32,000 nt of DNA from Geotalea daltonii FRC-32 (GTDB lineage: Bacteria; Desulfobacterota; Desulfuromonadia; Geobacterales; Geobacteraceae), in assembly GCF_000022265.1 (NCBI RefSeq), contig NC_011979.1:1410001-1442000 (forward strand), read 5' to 3'. Numbering within the stretch: the first letter of the stretch is position 1; every line of letters begins with the position of its first letter. The notes below the pieces were generated by a model. That model made no database searches, was not told the origin of the DNA, and saw nothing but the letters and a program-made list of their open reading frames with translations. This document shows, piece after piece, positions 6,675-14,345 of this stretch. The position numbers and the translations under genes are program-made.

Positions 6675-8537
6675 ATGAATACGCCCGATTTGATTTTGCA
6701 CAACGGAAAAATTTCCACCCTGGTCGAAGCTCAACCCGAGGTTACGGCCGTTGCCATTGCTGGGGGACGCATAACCGCCATCGGGGGGGAGGAACTGCTC
6801 GATTCCGCAACCGATAAAACCGAAAGAATCGACCTCAAGGGACGCCGGGCAATTCCCGGACTCAACGATTCCCATATGCATGTCATCCGCGGCGGCCTCA
6901 GCTATAACCTGGAACTTCGCTGGGATGGTGTGCCCTCTCTTGCCGATGGACTGCGCATGCTGAAAGAACAGGCTGAGCGCACGCCGCCGGGGCAATGGGT
7001 CCGGGTTATCGGCGGCTGGAGCGAATTTCAGTTCGCAGAAAAGCGTATGCCGACGCTGGAGGAGATCAATGCCGTATCTCCCGATACGCCTGTCTTTGTC
7101 CTGCACCTCTATTGCCGTGGCCTGTTGAACAAGGCAGCGCTGCGGGCATGCGGCTACACGAGGGACACCCCTGATCCCCCTGCGGGAGAAATACAGCGGG
7201 ATCGAAGCGGCAATCCGACGGGGCTGCTCATTGCCCGTCCCAATGCCGGCATTCTCTATGCCACGGTCGGCAAGCAACCCAAACTACCCCCCGAACATCA
7301 GATGAATTCATCCCGTCACTTCATGCGCGAACTGAACCGCCTCGGCCTCACCAGCCTGGTGGATGCGGGGGGCGGATCGCAAATCTACCCGGACGACTAC
7401 GCGATAATCGAGGAGTTGCACCGGCGCGGTGAAATGACCGTCCGCATGGCCTACAACATCTTCACCCAGAGGCCCAAGGAGGAAAAAGAGGATTTCCTGC
7501 GCTGCATGAAGCTGACAGCACCCGGCAAGGGGGACGATTTCTATCGCTGCAACGGCGCCGGCGAGATGCTGGTGTATTCGGCTGCGGACTTCGAGGATTT
7601 CCTGGAGCTCCGACCGGACCTTCCAGCCAACCTGGAAAAGGACCTGAAGGATGTAGTCTCGCTGATGGCCGGGAGCAAATGGCCCTTCCGCATTCACGCC
7701 ACCTATGACGAGAGCATCTCGCGCATGCTGGACGTCTTCGAAGAGGTGAACCGCGAGATTCCTTTCAACGGGACGCAATGGTTCTTCGATCATTGCGAAA
7801 CCATCTCCGACAAGAGCATGGAACGGGTGAGGGCACTTGGTGGCGGCATCGCCATTCAGGACCGCATGGCATTCCAGGGAGAGTACTTTCTGGAGCGTTA
7901 TGGGAAGCAGGCGGCAGAGCGGACTCCTCCTATCCGGAAAATGCTTGATCTCGGCATTCCTGTCGGCGCCGGCACCGATGCGACACGGGTGGCGAGCTAC
8001 AACCCCTGGCTTTCCCTCTACTGGATGGTAACCGGGAAGACGGTGGGTGGTGCCTCGTTATACTCGAATTCGAACCGGCTCAGCAGAGAGGAAGCATTGA
8101 AGCTCTATACCCAGGGCAGTAGCTGGTTTTCGGGGGAAAGCGGCAAAAAGGGTGCGATTGCCGTCGGTCAACTGGCCGATATGGCAGTGCTCACCGACGA
8201 CTACTTCACGGTACCTGAAGATCGGATCAAGGGAATCGAATCGATTCTTACCGTCGTTGACGGAAGGATCGTTTACGGTGCCGGGGAATTTGGCAACTTC
8301 GGTCCTCCTCCGCTGCCGGTGCTGCCGGAATGGTCTCCTGTCAAGGTCTATGGCGGGTATGGGGCACCGTTGGATGTCCGCAAAGCAGTCCGCGCCGGCG
8401 TCCCGATGACGGAGCATTCAGCCGGGTGCCTCTCCCACGGCTGTCTCCATACAAGTCGGCAACCCAAGACTGGCAAAGGTAAGGCTCCGCGGTTTAGTGA
8501 ATTGTGGGGCCTTGGCTGCGACTGCTTCGCCTTCTGA
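6675..8537 (+). CDS. Amidohydrolase-3 (YtcJ-like) metal-dependent hydrolase with an 83-aa Cys/His-rich C-terminal tail
   Basis: Start moved to ATG 6675 (MNTPDLILHNGKI..), preceded by GGGAGG at 6661-6666. The sequence ..AIPGLNDSHMHV.. carries the HxH metal motif, and ..TVVDGRIVYG is a typical family end, followed by extra tail. Confidence 0.8.
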   Translation: MNTPDLILHNGKISTLVEAQPEVTAVAIAGGRITAIGGEELLDSATDKTERIDLKGRRAIPGLNDSHMHVIRGGLSYNLELRWDGVPSLADGLRMLKEQAERTPPGQWVRVIGGWSEFQFAEKRMPTLEEINAVSPDTPVFVLHLYCRGLLNKAALRACGYTRDTPDPPAGEIQRDRSGNPTGLLIARPNAGILYATVGKQPKLPPEHQMNSSRHFMRELNRLGLTSLVDAGGGSQIYPDDYAIIEELHRRGEMTVRMAYNIFTQRPKEEKEDFLRCMKLTAPGKGDDFYRCNGAGEMLVYSAADFEDFLELRPDLPANLEKDLKDVVSLMAGSKWPFRIHATYDESISRMLDVFEEVNREIPFNGTQWFFDHCETISDKSMERVRALGGGIAIQDRMAFQGEYFLERYGKQAAERTPPIRKMLDLGIPVGAGTDATRVASYNPWLSLYWMVTGKTVGGASLYSNSNRLSREEALKLYTQGSSWFSGESGKKGAIAVGQLADMAVLTDDYFTVPEDRIKGIESILTVVDGRIVYGAGEFGNFGPPPLPVLPEWSPVKVYGGYGAPLDVRKAVRAGVPMTEHSAGCLSHGCLHTSRQPKTGKGKAPRFSELWGLGCDCFAF

Positions 8538-8657
8538 AAACGGTTGCTGAAAAACAACCTGTGTTGATCAGGACTTTTCCAGAAGCGGGGTGAATGATCC
8601 AACTCAGACGGTGATTGTCCTGCCGCAGAGGTTCGTTCTTTTGCCCCGTTTCCCGCG

Positions 8658-9794
8658 CTAAAAAGGCATCCCCCGGCGCATGCGGTCCTGGACTATCTCA
8701 TGGATGCGCTCGTCGGCGTTGTCCGGGGTGATGTCCGACTGCCTGCAGATGTCCCGCACCTGATTGACCCGTCCGGGATCAGCCATGTCTCCCAGGCGGA
8801 GGAAATATCCCGCCCGTTTTCCCACTTGGAAGAGGATTTGCTGCTCACGATCCATGGCGATGAATGTCCGCAGAACGCCTGCCAGCCGCTCCTGCTCCTG
8901 GGGCAGGGTGCCGTCGATTTCCTGGAAAAGGTTGTAACTGTGATCGCTTGTCATGCGGCTGGTTATGCCGTGCAGGTGCTCGATGAGGGTAAGGACCTCC
9001 TTGGCGAGGGTCAGATCGGGCGCCCACCGGTAGCGGGTGTCGCCATCGGGGTAGAGGGTGATCTTGTCGGGCAGGTGCAGCGTCCGGAAGCGGATGAAAT
9101 CGGGGTTGATCCGGCTGAGGGCGTCTGCCGACTCCAGGGCGTGCAGTTGGGAGAATTCGGTACCCCCCAGGCCGATGAGGAAATATTCGGAAAGCTCGAT
9201 GCCGGCCGCCTTGACCTTTAGCCCGGCACTGATGTGAGTCTCCTTGGTGACCCCCTTGCGCACCAGCTTGAGAACCGTGTCCGAAGCCGTCTCCATGCCG
9301 ATATGGATGCGGTTCAGGCCGGCAGCGGCTATCTCCTTGAGCATCTCGTCACCGATGCGCGCCACACTATCGGAACGGGCATAGGAGGTGATCCGCTTCA
9401 CCCCGGGAAACCTGGACCGGATGTGGCGAAGTATTTTCAGGAGGTTTTCCGGCCGGATCACCAGGCTGTCCGCATCCTGGAGGAAGATGGACTCCATCCC
9501 CCCCTCAAGCCAGTTGTATGCGGCATAAAAAGCAGGCTCTTCCCCCGGCGACAGGTTCTTCTGCAGGGCGGCCGGCGAGGTGCCCCGGTCCTGCAACCGG
9601 ATGATGAAGTCATGGATGCAGTCGATGTCGTGGATGACTTCGTCCACTGGGCGAAGGGAAAATTTGCTTTTTTTGTAGATGGAGCAGAAGGTGCAGCGGT
9701 TCCAGGGGCAGTTGCGGTTGACGCGCAAAAGCAGGCTGGAAGCCTCACTGGGGGGGCGAATGGGGCCTTGTTCGAATCCGTTGTGCCGGTCCAT
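8658..9794 (-). CDS. Radical SAM-like protein with CX4CX2C cluster motif
   Basis: 378 aa. The N-terminus reads GPIRPPSEASSLLLRVNRNCPWNRCTFCSIYK. DNA 9684-9710 reads TGC CCC TGG AAC CGC TGC ACC TTC TGC on the minus strand. Confidence 0.75.
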   Translation of the reverse strand: MDRHNGFEQGPIRPPSEASSLLLRVNRNCPWNRCTFCSIYKKSKFSLRPVDEVIHDIDCIHDFIIRLQDRGTSPAALQKNLSPGEEPAFYAAYNWLEGGMESIFLQDADSLVIRPENLLKILRHIRSRFPGVKRITSYARSDSVARIGDEMLKEIAAAGLNRIHIGMETASDTVLKLVRKGVTKETHISAGLKVKAAGIELSEYFLIGLGGTEFSQLHALESADALSRINPDFIRFRTLHLPDKITLYPDGDTRYRWAPDLTLAKEVLTLIEHLHGITSRMTSDHSYNLFQEIDGTLPQEQERLAGVLRTFIAMDREQQILFQVGKRAGYFLRLGDMADPGRVNQVRDICRQSDITPDNADERIHEIVQDRMRRGMPF

Positions 9795-9837
9795 GATCTC
9801 ATCCTTTGGGCGCTTGGTGGAAGGTAAAGTAGTATCT

Positions 9838-9866
9838 TATGTAGAGTATCGGGAGAGATTAGTCAA
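9838..9866 (-). promoter_or_regulatory. Candidate promoter for the radical SAM gene
   Basis: Minus strand reads TTGACT (9861-9866), a 17-nt spacer, then TACATA (9838-9843). Confidence 0.3.
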
Positions 9867-9897
9867 GGCGGGGATGAAGCCTCCTTAGCCGTGATGG

Positions 9898-11661
9898 TCA
9901 GCGGATCGGGGGCGTGGATGCCACCTTGACGCGGTACATGCCCCGTACCGAGTTGATCAGGTAGACATCATGACCGTGAATTTGGTCCAGCGTGATGATC
10001 CCTTCCTCGATCCTCTTCATTTCCAGGAGTGACTGGCGGAAGGTTCCCGGCAGCAGACCGCAACGAATGGGCGGGGTACACAGCACCCCATGCAGATCGA
10101 CCACCACGTTGGCAATGGTCGATTCGGTCACCTCTCCGTCCCCATTGTACATGATCACATCGTCATACCCGCTGCAGGCGGCGAGACATCGCCGGTACAC
10201 ATCCCGGCAGGTGGTCTTGTGATAGAGGAACGGGTCCGACTTATCCACCGCAAAGGGGGCAAGGGGTACCTCCTTGGGAGATGCGGTGCCGGACTGGATC
10301 AGCGGCTCAGCCTGTGATGTGAAGGTGCCGTCCTGCTCCAGGAGGAGCCTGACCTTGTGGGGAAATGGTTGCAGCCGCCGGGAGAGGTCGACCAGATGCC
10401 GGCGCAGGTCATTTTCGGCCATGGGATAATCGAAATATGCCGCCGACTGTGCCATGCGCCTCAGGTGGTGTTCCAGCAGCCGGTATCCTTCCTCAGGGTT
10501 CCAGAGGATGGATTCCAGAAGCGAAAAACCAGCCGGGCGCGTCCGGAGCACCGCCGCCTTGGTGCGTGATTCGGCCAGCTCGTTCTGCCAACGGGAATCC
10601 CAAACAATTCCCCCGCCGGTGCCGTATTCGACATCATTCTCTTTCCCGCTGAAAAGCATGCTCCTGATAGCCACATTGAACTGGGCCCTGCGTCCGGGGG
10701 CGATAAAGCCCATGGAGCCCGTGTAGATCCGTCGCGGTGATGTCTCCAGCTTGGCGATAATCTGCATGGCCTGGTTTTTTGGTGCTCCGGTAATGGAAGC
10801 GGCAGGAAACATGGCCGCAAAGATGTCGGTGACCGATGCCCGTGTCCGCCCCCTGACCGTGGAGGTCATCTGCCAGAGGGTCGGATACTTCTCCAAAGTG
10901 AAGAGGCGGGTAACATGGACGCTGCCGGTTTCGGCGATCCGGCCCAGGTCGTTGCGCACCATGTCCACGATCATCAGGTTTTCCGCCCGGTCCTTCTCCG
11001 AGTTCTGCAGGGCTTGCCCCTGGCGGCAGTCCTCCTCCTGGGTCAGACCCCTGGCGATGGTCCCCTTCATGGGCCGGGACTCGATCAGGTCGCCGTCAAG
11101 GCTGAAGAAAAGCTCCGGGGAGGCACTGAGGATGGAAAACGACGGGGTAATAAGAGCGGCGCCGAACGGTGCAGACTTGTCCTGCAGCAGGCCGAGGAAG
11201 TCATGGATGGTGGCTGCCGATGATGAACCGCGCAGGCGGTAGGTGTAGTTCACCTGGTAGGTGTCGCCACTTTTGATATGCTCTTTTATCTGCTCGAAAG
11301 CCGAACGGTACGCTTCAGGCGAAACCGAGGCAAGCCAGGCCACCTCGGGCCGGGTCAATTCCGATGGAGGAGGGACCCAGGTTGCCTTTTGCGGCCCATG
11401 GTAAAGCCCGAACCAGAGAAGCGGCAGATCACCGTCATCGTGGCGCACCTGCAAGCCAGGATCGAATGCGGGCGCAGCTTCGTAAGCGACCATTCCTGCG
11501 GCATACAGTCCGCGCCGGTCGACAGCCTCCTCCACATACTTGAGACAGGAAAGCACTTCATGGACGGCATATGCCTGTACGACCTCCACGGGGTGATCGA
11601 ACCGAAGCCAGTGGCCCGCCGTGCAGTCCCGTACCAGGACTTGATTATGTTGTTCGTTCAT
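9898..11661 (-). CDS. pabB: Aminodeoxychorismate synthase component I fused to aminodeoxychorismate lyase / class IV aminotransferase (PabB-PabC)
   Basis: Start moved to MNEQHNQVLV.. (ATG 11659-11661). Chorismate-binding motifs are present: SPELFF, RPMKGTIARG and YGTGGGIVWDS. The C-terminal ~270 aa resembles the class IV aminotransferase fold (..LLESILWNPEEGYRLLEHHLRRM..). Confidence 0.85.
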   Translation of the reverse strand: MNEQHNQVLVRDCTAGHWLRFDHPVEVVQAYAVHEVLSCLKYVEEAVDRRGLYAAGMVAYEAAPAFDPGLQVRHDDGDLPLLWFGLYHGPQKATWVPPPSELTRPEVAWLASVSPEAYRSAFEQIKEHIKSGDTYQVNYTYRLRGSSSAATIHDFLGLLQDKSAPFGAALITPSFSILSASPELFFSLDGDLIESRPMKGTIARGLTQEEDCRQGQALQNSEKDRAENLMIVDMVRNDLGRIAETGSVHVTRLFTLEKYPTLWQMTSTVRGRTRASVTDIFAAMFPAASITGAPKNQAMQIIAKLETSPRRIYTGSMGFIAPGRRAQFNVAIRSMLFSGKENDVEYGTGGGIVWDSRWQNELAESRTKAAVLRTRPAGFSLLESILWNPEEGYRLLEHHLRRMAQSAAYFDYPMAENDLRRHLVDLSRRLQPFPHKVRLLLEQDGTFTSQAEPLIQSGTASPKEVPLAPFAVDKSDPFLYHKTTCRDVYRRCLAACSGYDDVIMYNGDGEVTESTIANVVVDLHGVLCTPPIRCGLLPGTFRQSLLEMKRIEEGIITLDQIHGHDVYLINSVRGMYRVKVASTPPIR

Positions 11662-11897
11662 GGACGGCCACCGGCTCTTTGATGAAAAACAACGGCTGCA
11701 GAAATTGGCGGGTTCTTTTATACCACAGATATGGGGACTTAAAACAAGAAGACGTGAAAAATCATAACTAACTGGGGGTGTCTCCACCTTTTCCTGCTTA
11801 AGGTCCGTAGGGATTGTCGCGGAAAGGAGATGGCTATCCGTCTTGCACATTTTCAAGAGTGTGGGAGACTGTTGTTATCTGCAAAAGGGGGACGAGC

Positions 11898-13025
11898 ATG
11901 GGCAGAGACAAGCTGATCACCATCTTCATGTGTGGCGACGTCATGACCGGGCGGGGGATCGACCAGATCCTTCCCCATCCCGGTGATCCCGCCATCCATG
12001 AACCTTATATGAAGGATGCGCGGGGTTATGTGGCCCTGGCCGAGGAAACCAACGGGCTGATTCCGAAGTCGGCCAGCTTTTACTATATCTGGGGCGATGC
12101 CCTGGAGGTGCTTTCTTCTGCCGCTCCCGACTTGCGCATCATCAACCTGGAAACCAGCGTCACCAAAAGCGACGACTACTGGCAAGGGAAAGGGATCAAC
12201 TACCGCATGAGTCCGGATAATTTTCCTGCCATTACCGCTGCCCGCATCGACTTCTGCTCCCTGGCCAACAACCATATCCTAGACTGGGGCAATTCCGGCT
12301 TGGCGGAGACCCTGTCAGTTCTGGATAAAGCCCATGTAAAACATGGCGGGGCGGGGAGAGACCTGGCAGAGGCACGGATGCCTGCAGTGTTTGATGTGGA
12401 AGGAAAAGGGAGGGTGCTGGTTTTTTCCTGCGGCACGGAGTCGAGCGGCATTCCCGGCAAATGGGGGGCCGGCGAAAAAAGAGCGGGAGTGAACCTTTTG
12501 CCGGATCTTTCCCGGAAGACGGTGGGGGAGGTGGCCAGGATGGTGCAGCGGCTGAAACGTCCCGGGGACCTGGTGGTGCTTTCCATCCATTGGGGGGCCA
12601 ATTGGGGCTACAGCATTACACCTGATGAGAGAGCTTTCGCCCACGGCCTTGTGGATGACGCAGGGGTGGATGTGATCCACGGCCATTCTTCCCATCATGT
12701 GAAGGGGATGGAGGTTTACCATGGCAAGCCGATCATTTACGGCTGCGGCGACTTCATCAACGATTACGAGGGTATTCATGGGGAGGAGCGCTTTCGCGGC
12801 GACCTGTCGCTCATGTATTTCGTCAGTATTGACCCGGAAAGCGGCAGGCTGGCCCGCTGCACGATGAAGCCGATGCAGATGCGGCAGTTTCGCTTGCATC
12901 GTGCATCGGTAAGGGATGAACTGTGGCTCAGGGAACTGCTCAACCGGGAAGGGCAGAAGCTGGGCACGCGGGTGGAGCGGGATGATGGGGTATTTGTATT
13001 GCATTGGCAGGGAGGAATCAGCTGA
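11898..13025 (+). CDS. CapA/PGA_cap-family metallophosphatase-like protein
   Basis: Start moved to ATG 11898 (MGRDKLITIFMCGDVMTGRG..), preceded by AAGGGGGA. Motifs LANNHILDWG and IHWGANWGY are present. Confidence 0.75.
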   Translation: MGRDKLITIFMCGDVMTGRGIDQILPHPGDPAIHEPYMKDARGYVALAEETNGLIPKSASFYYIWGDALEVLSSAAPDLRIINLETSVTKSDDYWQGKGINYRMSPDNFPAITAARIDFCSLANNHILDWGNSGLAETLSVLDKAHVKHGGAGRDLAEARMPAVFDVEGKGRVLVFSCGTESSGIPGKWGAGEKRAGVNLLPDLSRKTVGEVARMVQRLKRPGDLVVLSIHWGANWGYSITPDERAFAHGLVDDAGVDVIHGHSSHHVKGMEVYHGKPIIYGCGDFINDYEGIHGEERFRGDLSLMYFVSIDPESGRLARCTMKPMQMRQFRLHRASVRDELWLRELLNREGQKLGTRVERDDGVFVLHWQGGIS

Positions 13026-13042
13026 TCCTCCCTGCCAGCTTG

Positions 13043-13552
13043 TTAAAAAATTGGCACCAGTCCATAACCCTTGCTCTGGAAGCCGATCAGCGAAATGAAG
13101 CCGTTGCCGACCAGTTTTAGACCAGGCAGCAGCTTTTCTGCCGGGACTTTGAACACGCCGGTGGCGATTTCACACACTTCCATCCTGACCCCTTTCCCAT
13201 CCAGTTCCTTGACGGTGGCGGCGACTGATTTTAGCGAATCCTGGTGTTTGGCCGCCAGTTCCGCATCTGGCACCGTCGTGAGGAAGCGGACCGTGGGACC
13301 GATAAAAACTACGACCAGATCGGGTCTTACCTTCTGCGCCACGAGACTTTTGTGGGTCTCGTTGATGAGATTCAGGTATAGGGCGGTCTTCTGCGGATTG
13401 TCCGTATCCACTAGAAATATCCCCTTTCCCTGCTTAACTCCTTTGAGGGCTGCAGCATCATTGCTGTGACCAGCCCAGGCATTCATACTCCCCAGCAGGG
13501 AGGCGACAAATACCAGTGCGGTTGCTGCCAGTGTGATACTTTTTCGTGCCAT
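13043..13552 (-). CDS. Secreted DsrE/DsrF-like family protein
   Basis: Start moved to MARKSITLAATALVFVASLLGSMNAWAG.. (signal peptide), preceded by AAGGAG. The body resembles DsrE-related proteins (..VVVFIGPTV.., ..GVRMEVCEIA.., ..GFQSKGYGLVPIF). Confidence 0.65.
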   Translation of the reverse strand: MARKSITLAATALVFVASLLGSMNAWAGHSNDAAALKGVKQGKGIFLVDTDNPQKTALYLNLINETHKSLVAQKVRPDLVVVFIGPTVRFLTTVPDAELAAKHQDSLKSVAATVKELDGKGVRMEVCEIATGVFKVPAEKLLPGLKLVGNGFISLIGFQSKGYGLVPIF

Positions 13553-13565
13553 TAGTTTACTCCTT

Positions 13566-14171
13566 TCATTCAATGTTGTTAGTGGCCTGCGGCAGGGCCA
13601 GCAGAGCGCGGAAAGTGTCGAAGCAGGTTCGCAGGGGAGCATCGTTTTTGCGAAGCCTGGCGAGCATAATGGCACCCTCGGTTGCCGTTACCAGCTGCTG
13701 GGCAAGGGCGTCAGCCGCCAGATCATCTCTGACCTGGCCAGCCCCTTGCCCTTCTGCTATGATTTGCCGCAGTTTCATGGTCCAGTCCCGGAACACCTGG
13801 TTGATGAAACGGGCCAGCAGCTCATTAGAATCGGCCATTTCCAGGGCGGCATTGCCAAAAATGCATCCGCCGATGAATTCATGGCTGTGGTGCAATGCAA
13901 TGGTCCCGGCAAAGTAGTTTTCCAGCGCGTCAGCGGGTGTCGCGCCGGTAGTCACTGTTTCCAGGAATTCCATAAGCTGTTCCCGGGCACGCTGCAGAAC
14001 AAGCAGGGCGATCTCCTCCTTGCCGGAGAAATGGAAGTAGATGGTCCCCTTCTTCAAACCGCTGGCGGCCATCAAGTCGTTGATGCTGGTTGCTGCAAAG
14101 CCTTTTTTCTTGAACAAGGCGTATGCCGCATCGACAATGTTTTCCCGGCTCTTGTCCCCTTTTTCTGACAT
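13566..14171 (-). CDS. TetR/AcrR-family transcriptional regulator
   Basis: Start moved to MSEKGDKSRENIVDAAYALFKKKGFAATSINDLMAASGLKKGTIYFHFSGKEE (classic TetR HTH), with SD GGGAGGTGGAG. It ends 13 nt before the DsrE-like gene. Confidence 0.85.
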   Translation of the reverse strand: MSEKGDKSRENIVDAAYALFKKKGFAATSINDLMAASGLKKGTIYFHFSGKEEIALLVLQRAREQLMEFLETVTTGATPADALENYFAGTIALHHSHEFIGGCIFGNAALEMADSNELLARFINQVFRDWTMKLRQIIAEGQGAGQVRDDLAADALAQQLVTATEGAIMLARLRKNDAPLRTCFDTFRALLALPQATNNIE

Positions 14172-14208
14172 CTCGCTCCACCTCCCTTCGGTAAACCGAC
14201 CGACCGGT

Positions 14209-14237
14209 ACATTATTCCGGATAATGGTGCATGTCAA
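14209..14237 (-). promoter_or_regulatory. tetR promoter with an overlapping imperfect palindrome
   Basis: Minus strand reads TTGACA (14232-14237), a 17-nt spacer, then TAATGT (14209-14214). ATTATCCGGAATAAT (14211-14225) overlaps the spacer and the -10. Confidence 0.55.
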
Positions 14238-14345
14238 GGTAAAAAAAAGTCTCACAGCTTCAGTGGTCGCTGGGAGCGGGACAAGAGGGCATTGGCGGTA
14301 GAGAGATGGCCTGCGCAGGGGAGGAGGGTGAAAGAAGGGCTAAAA

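Noticed and set aside
12315-13004. 229-aa minus-strand ORF, and the similar 10751-11242 plus-strand ORF
   Set aside because: They are antisense to the CapA-like and PabB CDSs respectively. They have no motifs or RBS.
11898-13025. Poly-gamma-glutamate capsule locus
   Set aside because: Only a CapA-like gene is present, with no CapB ligase or CapC nearby. Function is left open.
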